Shown here in pieces: positions 1-13,613 of a DNA stretch of 64,000 nucleotides (its first letter is position 1; the number at the start of each line of letters is the position of its first letter). The translations under genes were made by a program, and so were the position numbers. The notes under the pieces were generated by a model that saw only the letters and a program-made list of their open reading frames with translations, was not told the DNA's origin and did no database searches. The DNA is taken from assembly GCA_904063045.1 (NCBI GenBank), contig CAJFCJ010000031.1:283105-347104 (forward strand), read 5' to 3'. This stretch comes from Dimorphilus gyrociliatus. Taxonomy: Eukaryota; Animalia; Annelida.

Positions 1-295
1 AATATATATATATATATAATACTATATGTATTTTGTCATTATCACACTTACACTGATGGTCTATTTGACTTCTTTTTTGCAAAAAATTGTTTAGCAGCTG
101 CCGTTAATTTAGTCTTCCTCGATTCTATTAGCAAGTATAAATGAAATTTATAATCTAAATAATATTATTAATTGTATAAATGCTACGTTTTGAGATTTGT
201 CTTCCCTTAGAATCTTCTAGAATATCTGTATAAGATGAAAAATATTTAAATTGTTGGTAAGAAATTCGATAACTTATATATATATATTACGTAGT

Positions 296-1338
296 ACCCG
301 ATTCAGTTTCATCTGTAAATTTTGCATATGATCCAAAGCGATTTTGTGATTTTCCATCTTCTATAGTAAAATTTTGGGGGAAAAAGATGAATTAAATACC
401 GACAAACTCAATTTTAATTTATTAAAATAATAATAATAATAATAAAGATGTAAAAATTATACCAATTTCATTCTGATTCATCTCGCACATTAATTCATCG
501 TTTTGGAGCATTGTAGCGAATTGTTCATCATCTAAAAATTGTTTTGTAACCCTATCGTTTTCCGAATTATCATTTAGCGATGATCTACGTCTAATATTTT
601 CTTCAACTTTAGTTTTTATAGCATTAAGTGATCTTCTAAATGAAGAATGAGCCTATAGGAGAGAAAACAGAGAATGATTAATAAAAAATACCTCATTCTT
701 CCTTTGTTTTTTTGGAAGAGGGGAATTAATCAATAAAAAGATTGTAACATGTAAAAATAACACAAATTGAGAAGCACGATTATCTTAATCATTACACAAA
801 AATTTTAGCCTTTTGAAGCCAATAGTAAAAAAGAAGTAAGAAAAAAAAGAAAAAAGAAACCCAGTCATACCGGCATCCTACAAAAAGACCTGCTTGTTAA
901 TTGGAAGGAACGGATAACGTATTGTTTTTCAGTCGACTTAAAAAAAGTCTATCTTACCGTTTCGTTGTGACGACGGAAATTAGTTTCTTCGTCGCTCTCC
1001 AAACTAATTCTTAGAAATTCATCTGGAAGACTTCTTCGATAGTGATAGCGTTCTGCAACTTTCTTAGCGACCGGTGACAAATTTCTATAACTAGAAGATG
1101 GGCAATAGTCATTTTCAACAAGATGACATGCCTTAGGAGTAGGAGAGCCATTGACTTTCATATCTTCTTTCGAATCCGAATGCATTCTTAGCAAATGATC
1201 GATTGTAGCTTCAACAACGCCATCGTGCGATCTGAGGACTGATTCGATAATATCGTCGTTCAAACCAGGGAACATAATTTTAAAATCTTTCATAGCAGAA
1301 TGAAACTCCAGACCGTCTTCACTACTCATATTATCCAT
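296..1338 (-). CDS. CUE domain-containing protein (CUEDC1-like); at least 3 exons (about 1338..951, 651..467, 369..296)
   Basis: ORF 949-1338 carries a textbook CUE block 'FKIMFPGLNDDIIESVLRSHDGVVEATIDHLL' (the MFP...LL motif). A GTAAGA donor lies directly 3' of the ORF on the minus strand. Downstream minus-strand exons read '...SSFRRSLNAIKTKVEENIRRRSSLNDNSENDRVTKQFLDDEQFATMLQNDEL...' and end in a TAA near 296. Exon boundaries are from manual splicing. Confidence 0.6.
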
Positions 1339-1655
1339 CTTCTCTGAAACTTTTACCAGAAGTACTGTTCACCAATTACGATAATTAAAGCTTATGAAAA
1401 TTAAGTTTTCCCAATAATAAACAAACCAGACATACTCTTTATTTAGCCTGGTTTCAACTCTGAGATTTCTGAATTGTATCTTATTGTTCCGGGGAACAAG
1501 GAGCCTATTAATAGATGTCGCTACTTATTCTCTTTTATTTTAACATTCTCAAACGGTCATCACGTCACTAACCGGTGAAGTAAAAGTATTGCAGAAATCC
1601 GCGCTAACCGGGGAGTTTGAAGGCAAGGAGCGATTTTTTACGAATCAGGGCTAGC
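1339..1655. promoter_or_regulatory. Shared divergent promoter interval between the CUE gene (-) and DDB1 (+)
   Basis: The two start codons face away from each other about 318 bp apart. The interval contains a CACGTCAC element (1556-1563) and is locally GC-richer than its surroundings. Confidence 0.4.
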
Positions 1656-4600
1656 ATGGCGGGCTATATGGTCCTTGCTAAGCCACCAAGTTTAGTATCA
1701 GTGGCCACAACCGGTTTGTATTGAAAACTTGTTAACTTTCATCAAGTGATCAGGGCTTTTCCTCCTGTTAGGGCACTTCACTGCTAAAAATGGTATCAAC
1801 CTTGTTATCGCAAAGAATTCAATTGTAGAGATTTTCGAGCTCACTCCCGAAGGTCTGAAACTTAGAAAGGAGTTTAAAGTTTTTGGATCGGTTGCTGCAA
1901 TGAAAATGATGTTACCACCAGTAAGCCCGCTAAAATAAAAAAAACTTTCTCTCCCTTATCACATTGATTTCAGGGCTGTGAAAAAGATGTCCTATTTATT
2001 GTCACCGAGAAAGGTGATATAACAATGTTAGAATGCACAGAAGACGGTGATGAACTTTCTATAAATACTTTGTGCTCGAAAAATGTCTTGGTAAGTTTCA
2101 AAGGCGTTTTAAAAGTCCTTTTATGTACCTTTAATCTCTCTCATTCTTTTTTCCATTGCTACTTCTTCACTTCCGTCAGCGAAAAACTGGAAGACTCACC
2201 GAATGTGGATTCAAGTGTTGCGTTGACCAGTATTGCCGTTATATCGTTGTTCATATCTACTACGGCTTATTAACGATTATACCTGTTTCAAACGTCGGTG
2301 TAAATGGCTTGAACGCAAGCGGTACATGGAATTCCACTAATGTTATAGTTGACGAAATGGAGATTCTTGATCTTTGTTCCTTGTATGTTGAAGATACACC
2401 AACTATCTCCCTATTATTTAGAGTTCGTTTAAAAGCCGTTTCCATAATTATACTAATTCTCCTCTTCAACAACAGGAAGATGGTTCGTATTACGTAGGGA
2501 CCTACGAAATTGAAGAAATGACCGAAGACGAATATATTATAACTGAAGGACCAGGAAAGCGTCATAAAGTAGACGATGGTGCACAATTTATTGTACCTGT
2601 ACCTTGTCCAATTGGCGGTATGCTTGTCTTGGGGGACGATGTAATATACCACATTAGTGACAATGGCATGAATATATCAATAAATTGGAAACCGCATGCT
2701 ATAAGAGTAGGATTTGTTGCGCTTTTTGACTTTTGACAACAAATATTATCTAAACTAATATATACTTTTTTTTCAATGTAGAATCAAACTATAAGAGCTG
2801 TGGAGATGGTCGATGCGGACGGGAAAAGGTTTCTCGTTGGTGATTCATTTGGTCATTTATACATTCTTATTCTTGTTGCGGATCCAACATCCGCAACTGG
2901 TATTAGGGAAATACAAGTTGAACTACTTGGAGAGGTATTTTAGACTTATCCTATCTTTTAAATTGCTCATAGATCATTTTTCCATATCAACTTTTAGACA
3001 AATATACCAAGTTTAATAACGTATTTGGACAATGGATTTATATTTATTGGTTCGTGTAGCGGTGACGCCCAACTTATTCGTGTAAGTAGAAAAAAAGTAT
3101 TTTGTCTTTTTTTGAGTTGCCAACATCCAAAAAAACGAAAAGCAGGCACGAACATATGCTAATATTCTTTTTTTGTGTTGAGCTCCATCAAATGTATGTC
3201 CAGTTTGAATTTTTGGACAAAAACACTTAAAAAATTCAACGCTCCAGCTTTTAACCTTTGTCCAAATCCTAGACAAACCCTAGATGATTTTTTTAACATG
3301 TTTATTCCATATCTATTGAGTAGAAGTTTGGGTAAAAAAAGGTCTTGAGCGAGATGCTCAAAAACAACTAGATAAAAAAGCAATCTTTACAAAAAAATAT
3401 CATCTTTACCAAAAAATAATCCTCATTAATGTCAAACTGTGAACTTTTTTGCTTTTTTTGGTTTTTTTTTTGACTTTCAAACGAAAATTGTTACAGTTGT
3501 TGTTACATTTGAAAAAAGTGAAAGTGATTATGAAAGACGTTTATAAATGCTTTTTTTTCTTTTTTTTTTAAAAACAACAACAAACAATATAGAATTATTG
3601 TAAACATTAATTATCACTTTTTTCTAATTTCATTAACTTTTTGTTTACAGTTAAACAGAAAGAAAAATGCGGTAACCAATAGTTATGTGGAAGTTATGGA
3701 AAATTTTGATAATTTAGGTCCAATTGTTGATTTTGTCGCTGTAGACGTAGACGATATGGGTCAAGAACAAGTTAATTTTTTTAATATCATACTTTATAGG
3801 GTTATTTATCATTCTTTTTTTTTGTAACGTTTTCGAGTAGTTGATATGCTGTTCGGGTAGAGATAAGAATGGATCTTTAAGAATTGTTCGTAATGATATG
3901 GAGATAAAAGATATTGGAACGGTTGAACTACCAGGTATACTTGGTGTATGGGCTGTCTCTTTATTCTCTTCGGGATCTTTTGACGACTCACTTTTCGTTA
4001 CGTTTCCCGATGAAACAAAGTAATTTGCTGATAAAAATATTATCTTTATTTTTTCTTTATTGAATGAATATTTTTGTAGAATAATATTGATAACGGAAGA
4101 AATGGAAGAGATTACCGTTCCTGGATTCGATCATAAAGTAAGAACATTGCACGTTCACGAAGTTATCGAGGACCAAATTATTCAAATTACGAGGAAAAAT
4201 TTAATATTATGGAGTTCAACTATGAGAAAGCAGGTCTTCCAATGGAAATTCGAACAAGATAAAAATATTTCAGTTGGTACTAGTAACCGAGAGCAAATAG
4301 TCATTGCGTCCGCAGCTCAATTTGTGTACTTTGAAATAATTGACGGCTCAGCTCAAAAGGTTAATTTAACATTATAGATAATTGATAATCATTAACGCAT
4401 TTATATTTTTTGATAGATAAATAGCCTGGAAATTGAATATGAGATTGCGTGCATGGACGTAACGCCAAGAGGAACTTCGAATCGTACAAATATTCTTTGT
4501 CTAGGCGTTTGGACTGATATGTCTATATTTATATTTGAATTACCAACTCTGGAGAAGCTTTTTTATTATAAACTTCCCGGTAATATTATCCCAAGATCGA

Positions 4601-6574
4601 TTCTGACGGGAGTTTTTGGAGATGTTCATTATTTATTTATCGCTATGGGCGATGGAAAATTATATCATTTCTTATTGAATAAGGATAAAGGTAATATCTG
4701 ATGGTATTTATAGTAGATGTTATATTATTAATTCTTTATTATTTAAGCTTCTTTACATAACCGAGTGATGTTAACACTTGGATCTTTGCCACTTCAAATG
4801 TCGAAATTCTCATGGAAGGGTACCGATTGCGTATTCGTTTGTTCTGATAGACCAGCTGTTGCATTTCCTGTAAATCATCAGCTGATCTTCTCCTTTGTCA
4901 ATATCTCGACAGTTCGTCATATGACCTCGGCCATTTTACGCAACAATCGAGAAAAGTTTGTTATTAATTTTCTTTATTAAAAAGAAGTGAACTATTTACA
5001 ATTAATTTCTGTTATATTTTCAAAAAGAATTTATCTAGTCAACGAAACTGAACTTCTTATTGGTGAGATGAATGAAATGCAAAGGTTACAAAGTCGAGTT
5101 ATTCCTTTAAGAGAAAGTCCTAGAAAGATAGCCTATCAACCTGAAACTAACACTCTTGCCGTGCTAACTAGTCGTTACGATAAACAGAAGAAGGGGACTG
5201 AGGAAACAATCCTTCTTGATCAGTCTGCCAGTACGTCTGATGTGAAATCTCGTTCGTCGTTTGTCGAAGTTGGACCTTTTCCCTTGCCTCTTTTTGAGGA
5301 TGATAGTCTTATTGAAATTTATAATTTATTGATTATGCATCAAGATTCCTTTGAAATATTTCATATACACCAATTTCAACCTCACGAATACGCTCTATCT
5401 CTTTGCAATGCTAATCTTGGCGATCACCCCGAACAATACTTTGTTGTTAGTACAGGCATCATTAGACCTGGTGACGATGAGCCAAGATATGGGAGGATTA
5501 TGGTTTTTAAAATATCCTTGGGCAGAGCAGTTATCAGATCATGTTTAGATATTACGGGTGCGGTTTATGCTATTCAACCACTGTTGAATAATAAGCTAGT
5601 GTGTTGTTTTGACGATGCTACAAGAATTTACGAACTTGATGATAGGATGAACATGAACCTTATCAATACATTCTCTGATAATATTGCAGCTTACAACATT
5701 GCCGTTACCGAGAGAAATCGTATCTACGTTGGTGACTTATTTCGAACCATAACAATTCTTGATTATATTCCAGAAAAGAAACGACTACGATTGGTTGGTC
5801 GCGATGATAATCATCGTTGGTTGTGCACTTTAACTTTGATTAATGAAAATACTATCATATGCGCTGATCAAGCCCAAAATTTATTTATATGCACAAGAGA
5901 TGATAAGGAACCCGATGAGAGCTCATTAAAGAATGATGCGTTCTGTCATATAGGCGATACAATTAATGCAATTAAACCCGGATGTTTAGTTAAAAAGGAA
6001 CTACTTAACAGAACAATATGTTTCTCTGACATGAGAATATTTGTTACAACTTCCGGAGCAATAGGTTAAAGTTTATAAATAATAGTTTAGCACAATAAGA
6101 AAAACTAACAATACAATTTTTGATAAACAGGAGTGATTGTACAATTAAAAGACGAATATCAAACTCTCTTTTATCAACTTCAACAACAACTTCTTCAGAG
6201 ATTAAATTGGCCTGGAAAGATTGATTATAAATGGTCCCTATCTATTATTCTTATTTTTCCTATTCTTATCAAAGTAATTGTTTTTTTTTTTATAAACAGG
6301 TTTAGGTCGAATTCTAAACCGAATCTACGTTATCATGGTTTAGTTGATGGCACTATTGTTGAAAAATATTTAACTATTCCATCAAGTTTACAGAAAGAGA
6401 TCTTTCACGCCATTGCGGTATTATAATTCCTTTAATTTTTTAATGCTATATAAAAAATTGAACTTGATATCATATGTATTAATTTTTTTACAGGCGGAGA
6501 AAGAGGTTACAGTCCCTGTGGTTGATCATAATCATCTTATACGTCTTGTGGAAGAGATAAGCTCTATTTATTGA
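1656..6574 (+). CDS. DDB1: DNA damage-binding protein 1 (DDB1, CUL4 adaptor), 16 exons: 1656-1713, 1772-1920, 1974-2090, 2180-2422, 2476-2706, 2782-2934, 2998-3081, 3651-3770, 3841-4019, 4080-4369, 4417-4690, 4748-4955, 5028-6064, 6131-6233, 6300-6417, 6494-6574
   Basis: The spliced product is collinear with human DDB1 along its whole length. Examples: MAGYMVLAKPP.. vs MSYNYVVTAQKP; GHFTAKNGINLVIAKN vs GHFTSAEDLNLLIAKN; NLGPIVDFVAVDVDDMGQEQ vs [36 protein letters not shown] vs TCSGAFKEGSLRIIRN; PLRESPRKIAYQ vs PLYESPRKICYQ; C-terminus ..LIRLVEEISSIY* vs ..LIKVVEELTRIH*. All introns are GT..AG and reading frame is preserved across every junction. Confidence 0.93.
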
Positions 6575-6999
6575 AAAGTAGAGAATGAATGTCTTTTGTT
6601 TATGCCATCTCTCTTTCTCCCTCTTTGTTCAGCTATGTGCTCCTAATGAAAAAAAGTGTCGTTGGAAATCAGCTTTTAATCTTGATTAGTGTGTTAGAAT
6701 GAATGTCCTGGCTGTTGTTTTGAAAGTTTTGTATTTGTCCGCCAAAATATTGGAGTGATCTGATTGGCTGCCAAGTAGTCAAGGTTACAAACGCTTGGGC
6801 TAGGAAGACTAAATTGCTCAACTTATTTGGTAGATATATATTGTGAGAGTGATTGAAATCGTTAAAGGTAATTCTTGTTGTACGAAAATGTCTCTTAATC
6901 TAAATAAACACGTATTTATCAGTGACAACTAATATTATATTCATAGATATCTGACTTTTCTACCGCAGTAGTGCATTATCGCTCAACAATTAAAAAGTT

Positions 7000-8283
7000 A
7001 TGGGAACTGCTAAAGATCAAACTGCAATATCTAGAGTATTGAATCTTTTAGCCGAATGGGATAAAGGATCAAAGGCGATAAGAAAGGCCCTTTTAAAAGA
7101 TTTCATAAAACAGAATAAAAATAAAACAGGCCCCGAGTTAGAGGCTGAATTTGCTCAGGCAGCAAGTTTGTTTCTCACTAGAATTACTGCCTCTTTACGG
7201 TTAACTTACATGACAGGAATAGCGTTAACTGAACATTTGCAAGCTGTCAATATTTTCATATCGGCGTCTAGTGGTCATAAATTTCTGGGAGAGTTTCTAG
7301 AAGTTGGCGGTATATTAACAGTTCTTGAGATTATAGGCCTGAAGCAAGCAAGAGAGATAGACAAACTAGAAGCATTAACGAATTTATCGAATATTGCGGA
7401 AGCCGGTAGGAAGTTTAAAGAACTTATTTGCGAAAGCTATGGAATTAGAGCAATTGCCGAATGCTTAGCCAAATCGAAGAGTGAACAAACGCAGGATGCG
7501 GCTAGAAATCTTTTAGAGAAATTAGCTAGAGGAAATCCAAAATTCGAAAATCAAGTTTATAAAGGTCTTATCGCCTTATTGCCATGTTCATCTCCAAAAG
7601 CTCAACAAATGGCTGCTCATACGCTGAGGATTGTGCAGCCTATAGTTGAAAAAGCTAATCCGAATATCGTTGATCCATTATTGAATCTATTACGAACATT
7701 GCATTTAGAAGTTCAGTACGAAGGTAATTTTCTTTTATTGTTTGAAATGTGCGCATAAATTAAGAATTCTCTTTGTACAATTTTAGCCTTGGAATTAATC
7801 AAAGAGCTAATGGAATACGAAGAGGTCAAAGAACTTATACCCGTCAGTCTTGTTAAATTATTGAGACCTTCAAAAGAAGATCGACTTAGAAGACCTCAAG
7901 AAATTCTCGAAGATCCCGAAGTTGGAAAATTAGCAGAACCTCTACCAGTTTTCGTACAACAGGCAGCATCAGCCAAATGCATAGGAATACTATGTCACGA
8001 TGACCTTATTATATGCGAAAAATTCCTCCAATTGCAAGTTGTACATCATCTCATGTTTGCAATGGGCAATACGGAATATGCTGACAGTCAAAGACAAGCT
8101 AGCTTAACATTAGAGCGTCTATGTAGGAATTTCCCCCTAGTAGACGAATCCGTAAAAGAAGCAATGGGAGACATTCTTTATACATCATTTATGAAAGATC
8201 CCGAAGCACTATACGCATCGCTAACGCCAGTACAAGCGGATGTTCTAGTTTCCAATAAATTAGACGCCGCAACAAAATCTTAA
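7000..8283 (+). CDS. Armadillo-like helical repeat protein, 2 exons (7000-7723, 7787-8283); family unassigned (possibly ARMH1/C1orf228-like)
   Basis: A 252-aa ORF and a 164-aa ORF are joined by a 63-bp GTAATT..TTTTAG intron with frame preserved (..VQYE|A|LELIKELMEY..). The product is helical-repeat-like throughout (FLEVGGILTVLEIIGL, VYKGLIALLPCSSPKAQQMAAHTLRIV). It lies 425 bp downstream of DDB1 on the same strand. Confidence 0.6.
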
Positions 8284-8977
8284 ACAAACATATTTCCTTA
8301 CAAAATATTTTCAAAAGGAAAGAAGAAAGAGTATTGTATTCCTGAGCAAGGAAGATAACAACGCATAAAACAATTGTAAAAATTATACATAAACATATAT
8401 ATATATATATATATAGAAGTTTCTATTATTAAATATACGAAATTATTTAATTTAATCAATAGATAGCATATCACAGATGAGATGAACGTTTCTTATTATC
8501 AATCCTATTGAGTAAGTTCCTCGTTAAGATTAAATTTCATTCATAATATTTATATTTAGCTCTTATGTACACTTTCATCCTTAGTTATTTATATACAATT
8601 TTCTTGTTTTCGCCTGGCAAACAAATATAATTCCTTAGAGACCTATTTATAGAAATAAGAGAAGAAATAATATCCATCTACAAAGGTATATATATACTGT
8701 ATATACTGTATACTGTATATACATTTATATATATTTATCGAATATTGGTTTAATTAATTATTTCATCTTTTCCAATGAAATATTGTATTTTTTCTTCATC
8801 CTTTTCTGCTCTTTTGGTATTCTAATTAGAAAATATATACGTAGAAAGGCCTAATTAAGATACTTCATAGTTCAAATAGTAAGTTCTTTTTTTTAATATA
8901 CTTTTTTTAGAGAGGGCGCCACCAATTTCCGTTACTGTTAGAAACCAAGTAAACGATCACATCAAATAGGAAAAATA

Positions 8978-9830
8978 ATGTTGGGAGAAGGTAATTAGAG
9001 AAAAGATTACATAGACATTGTCAAATAGTTTGTTTTTATTCTATTTTAGAAAATCCAGCAAAAGCCAGAGTTGCATTTGGAGCTACAGGAGATAGAGAAG
9101 TATTTCCTACTCACGTACCTCATAACAAAATAGGAGCGGAATTAAATCCAATAAGAGGATGTCCAGAGATCGGTCCGGGAACATACGAAAATGAAAAGCA
9201 AACAAATTTTCAATACGAAATAGATAACTTTATAACAAGTAAAGAAGGTTATTCATTAGGAGCTAGAACCGCAAACCGATTTCCCAAGACTCATAAGGTT
9301 AGTTAATTATATTGAGTTTTCAAAAAGGCTAATTAAATATTAAGCTGCTTTATGATTATAGTCAGATGCTCCGGCACCTACAGCATATCAGAGTGATAAT
9401 ACATCATTAAGAACATTTGAAACCGCCTACAAACCATTCTGCGCTGCTTCGAAACGTTTCAAAGACGATAGTTCGGATGAAAAGCCCTCGTGAGTTAATA
9501 ACTTAATGATCAAAGAGATAATAATTCTATTTATTATCGTTTTCTTTTCTATTAACTACTTTCCCCAGACCTGGAGCTTACGAACACGAATTAAAATTGA
9601 ATCGTAAAGTTGAATGGCATCAATCTTTCGGATCTGCACCAATCAACCTCCCCTCTGCCAGTAAACACAGTACAATTGGAAAAAACACTGATAAAGTATA
9701 TATTAAACAATATGATTTGTTTGATTTTTTTAGTCATTTTATCAATTTTTTTTCTCCATTAAAGCTTAAAAGTACAAAAGAAGAGAAGAAATTTCAAAGG
9801 AATTTGGCATATCTTAAATTGTATTATTAA
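8978..9830 (+). CDS. Sperm-tail PG-rich repeat (STPG / ODF3-CIMAP1-like) protein, 4 exons (8978-8990, 9050-9297, 9362-9491, 9570-9830)
   Basis: Spliced product: MLGEENPAKARVAFGATGDREVFPTHVPHNKIGAELNPIRGCPEIGPGTYENEKQ..RFPKTHK / SDAPAPTAYQSDNTSLRTFETAYKPFCAASKRFKDDSS / PGAYEHELKLNRKVEWHQSFGSAPINLPSAS... It shows repeated 'GPGTYE'/'PGAYEHE' units of the STPG type. Introns are GT..AG. Confidence 0.55.
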
Positions 9831-10222
9831 AACAATTAAAAACATTGAAAATATGACCAAAACATTTTATTATATATCATTCTTGATACGTTTTACTTTA
9901 TCATTAAAATAGAAATGTTTTTTAAAAAGACAAACAAAAAAAAATAGATAACTTTAAATAAAATACTGACCTCATTGTTTGTTTACCTTGACTATAGTTT
10001 ATAAAGGTGAAAAAAGTAGATGATAAGGAACAATAAAAGAATTTGTATAAGGAAGATCTTATTCTTATAACAAAACAAACAAAAACGTAATACAAATAAA
10101 TTAACGACATCGATTCGTCATTTTGAGAAATATGGAGAGAAAGAATGAAGTGAATAGATAGATTGTGTATAATTTTGCCAAGTTATTATTGATCCCATAA
10201 TTTGAAAGCGAGAAGAAGTTGT

Positions 10223-11229
10223 TCAACCTTGATAAGAGTAGTCTGCTTTGTTATGCATTACAAGACGATCTCCAACAAAGTAAAAACTATCCGACCGAGT
10301 TTGGAAAGGATTAGCAATCATTTCTTCCACTATAGATAATAAAGAAAAAGTTGAGATATTAGATATTTGAATATATTTTATAAACAATTTAAAAATATAC
10401 TACCGTATTATAACGTTATACATATAAATCAATTTGTTTTAAGAAGTTAGGATTTCTATTATATACGAATACTTACTTAGTTGCTTTTCTAGCTTCGGGA
10501 ACTCGTAAATATGTTCGACTGTATTATTACTGTTTGGAATGCAGAATCCAAATTCAAAGTCAAAGCTTTTAAGCAATTGGTCACGGAAAAAGTGTCGTTC
10601 TATCATGCGAAAATTCTCAACTGGCTTGTCGCCAATGCTAAATCGTACAGTTGCTCCAACATGCCGTAATTCCAAAAATTTAGCAGGAAATTCGTACCGA
10701 ATGTATCGGCCTATATTAGGATCCGCAGACTCATCTTCTTCGTTGTCGTCTATGAAAAGCAAAAAGAGCATATATATATATATATATATAGACTATATAT
10801 AGACTGTATATACAACATAAATATGTATAAACTACGCCTTAACATAGAAACAAAAAACAATAAAAAATTATTAAAACTTTGAAATTCTATACAACCATTG
10901 TCATCTCTATTAACATCGAGCAAAATCATTCCAGAATCTACATCTCTCAACTTGAAACCAGTAAATTCGATATTGTAAACGTTAGCATCATTCGGGCATA
11001 AATAACCTTTAATGAAACAATGTCATTCGCTTAATGTCATTGATTTCTACTAAAAATAAAACTTACTTTCAGTTATTTTATCTAAATTTAGAACGTCGTC
11101 TGGCGTTATACATTCCTTTCCTTTTAATTCTTCCTCACTTACTATTTTGTCCTTTGCTCTTCTCGCAAGAAAATCGTTTGATTTCTTCTTTCCTCCAGAA
11201 TTTCCAGTTCTGGTCCCTCGGCTACTCAT
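10223..11229 (-). CDS. UNC119: UNC119 (retinal protein 4 / lipid-binding chaperone homolog), 4 exons (about 11229-11065, 11002-10896, 10771-10500, 10323-10223)
   Basis: Minus-strand product: [24 protein letters not shown] / [33 protein letters not shown].. / ..[83 protein letters not shown] / [35 protein letters not shown]. This is near-identical in the core to human UNC119 (..[61 protein letters not shown]..). A (TA)n microsatellite sits inside intron 2. Confidence 0.9.
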
Positions 11230-11776
11230 CTTTTAAATTCAGTACTAAATCGTTGACGTTGAATGAAAAAATTTCTTATTGTATAAATCGATTGAAATTT
11301 TTTCAAAAAGCACTGACAATTTCAATCAGTGCAATAACAAACAAAATGAAGGAATAATAATTTTCGTATTTTTTATTTTTAATATTAAAAAAAAATTCGA
11401 AATTTTCCGTAGACAAGGAAAATTCTGACTGAAATATTCCAAATAAATATTCAAAATAGACAGAGGCGACATCTATCCGCAAAAAACGGACTCCATTATT
11501 CGATGCTTTTCCCTTTCTTCTCATCTTAGGCTACTTAATTATAATTCATAACGTAAATTGTAGATATTTTTGATTTTAACTTAAAATTTTTTTTATGTTT
11601 TTTTTTCTCCTTCGGACATTTGACTTAAGAGACTTTAAAAAAATTTACCTAGTTAATTAAGAGAGCTTTGCAGAGAAAAAAATGTTTAACAATCGAAGGT
11701 CTCAACAAGACGAAACACTGCAGGATAAAATACGAAAAAAAAGCAAAAACAATAAAACTTTCCTCCAATAAATTCT

Positions 11777-13271
11777 TCAGTGATCTGTTTGAATGTCACA
11801 CTTAACATTACTTTGGAACAATGCAGCTCTATTTTGCTTTTCGCCTTTTTTAACCCAATGACTATAAATTTTAAAAGCGGCAGCATCAATTAGTTTTCTT
11901 ATACCCTTCACGCAATAGGGCTCTTCTTTCAAACATTTCATTGATATAGGAGGCGGATTTTTATGTAAATTACGCAGTCGCCATATAGCAGTAGCAACGA
12001 AAACTAATGCTCTAAATTTTCTTTTTGGAAAAAACTCTTTCATTTCGCGTTCAATTCCTTCCTTATAGAAAAATGGATGACACAATGCTTCCTTAGCTGT
12101 TATTCGCTTTTCCGGTTCAACTTGCAGTAGCTTTTCAATTAAATCTTTGGAAGTGTCAGAAAGATCTAACCATTCTGCTGTTGACGTATTATATTTGCCT
12201 TCCATAATAGCTCGCAGCATTAGCATTTGCTTTCGATGCCAAAACGGTGGGCAACCAACTAGGAGAGTATACATAATCACACCGCAGGCCCAAAGATCAA
12301 CTGCAGTTCCATAGCCAGGTTCATCCTCATACATAGAGACCTTAAGGACTTCAGGAGCTAAATAACCAGGAGTACCGCAAAGCTCAGTAAGTTCGTGCTG
12401 AGAATTAATAACTGTGGCAAAACCAAAATCTGAGAGTTTTACATTCATTTTATCATCTAATAGAATATTTTCGGGCTGCAAATGAAAAAAGCATTGTAAT
12501 TTCATTAGCGGGGAATAATTGACAAACCAACTTTGACATCCCTATGAACTATATTTCTAGAATGTATATAGGCTATGGCGTCAAGTAATTGCTTCATAAT
12601 GATTCTAGACAGAAAGAAAACAAAAATTGAAAAAACATTAAAGGCCTATTCTTTTGTTTCTTTGTTCAAATGTTTTTATTATATTTTTTTTTCAACTCTT
12701 TCACCTTTTACCTTGTTCGCTTTTCTGATAATGTTACGACCTGAGTGAGAAAATCAAATAGCTCGCCCTTTTGACAACTGTAGCAAAGTCGAATAAAAAT
12801 CATGAATTAGAAAGATTATATTTAATAATGGGTAAAACTTACAGCTCGAAAACTAAAAATATAAACGTTGGAGATTCAAACGTATTATGGAGTTCAATGA
12901 TATTTTGATGTTGTGCACACATGCGAAGGACATTTATCTCTTTTTTCGTAGCTATTCTCAATTCTTCACGATGATCGTTCTCTGAGTCTTTATCTCCTGT
13001 TAAGTCAATAATTTTTACTGCATAATGATGACCTGTCTCCTTTTCTGCGCATCTCCTGACTGTACTTGATATACCTCTGTATTGCGAAATTGCGTAAGTT
13101 TATTTATTTAAAAAAAAACAAACAATTTAAACAAAGTCATTTATTAAGGAAATCCACTTTATTCTTAGCTTACCGTCCCAGTACTTCTTTGGGCTCGTAT
13201 TTGGCATAAAATTCTTTAGCTATGTCCTGAGCGGGCAAATCTTCGTCTAAATTTAATGATTGTTCTGGCAT
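11777..13271 (-). CDS. PHKG: Phosphorylase kinase gamma catalytic subunit, about 4 exons (13271-13174, 13076-12841, about 12600-12520, 12505-11777)
   Basis: N-terminus MPEQSLNLDEDLPAQDIAKEFYAKYEPKEVLGR. Kinase core: ..HRDVK|LQPENILLDDKMNVKLSDFGFATVINSQHELTELCGTPGYLAPEVLKVSMYEDEPGYGTAVDLWACGVIMYTLLVGCPPFWHRKQMLMLRAIMEGKY... C-terminal calmodulin-binding tail: ..IDAAAFKIYSHWVKKGEKQNRAALFQ. The product aligns along its length with human PHKG1/2. Confidence 0.9.
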
Positions 13272-13613
13272 ATCAAATATTTCTTCATTCTCAATTAGAC
13301 AAAAAAAATAAAATTTCTATATCAGCCGAAATGCCGATAAAATCTTCCAAAAAAAATCAACTTAAAGAAAGTTGGTATGGCACGAATTAAGTCAAAAAAG
13401 GACCAAAAGAGGATCAACTCCGTAATGACATTGTGGCCGAGTGTAAGATCGCATCGTAAAATGTTTCACGACGAAATATATAAACCAATACCAGTTTTTC
13501 TAACTAATGGCAGCCAAGGTCGATGTCACCTTTAACAAAGCCTGAAAATCATCAACTTTTGAGAAGATCGGAGAAATCTACAGACCCATAACTGTATATT
13601 ATCAACTTTAAAT
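13272..13613. promoter_or_regulatory. Divergent (bidirectional) promoter interval between PHKG (-) and PPTC7 (+)
   Basis: The start codons are 343 bp apart and face away from each other. Confidence 0.4.

Noticed and set aside
2260-2652. 130-aa minus-strand ORF
   Set aside because: It is antisense to DDB1 exons 4-5, which are strongly supported on the plus strand.
3013-3383. Two minus-strand ORFs (87 and 74 aa)
   Set aside because: They lie wholly inside the 569-bp DDB1 intron 7, in A/T homopolymer-rich sequence, and have no homology signal.
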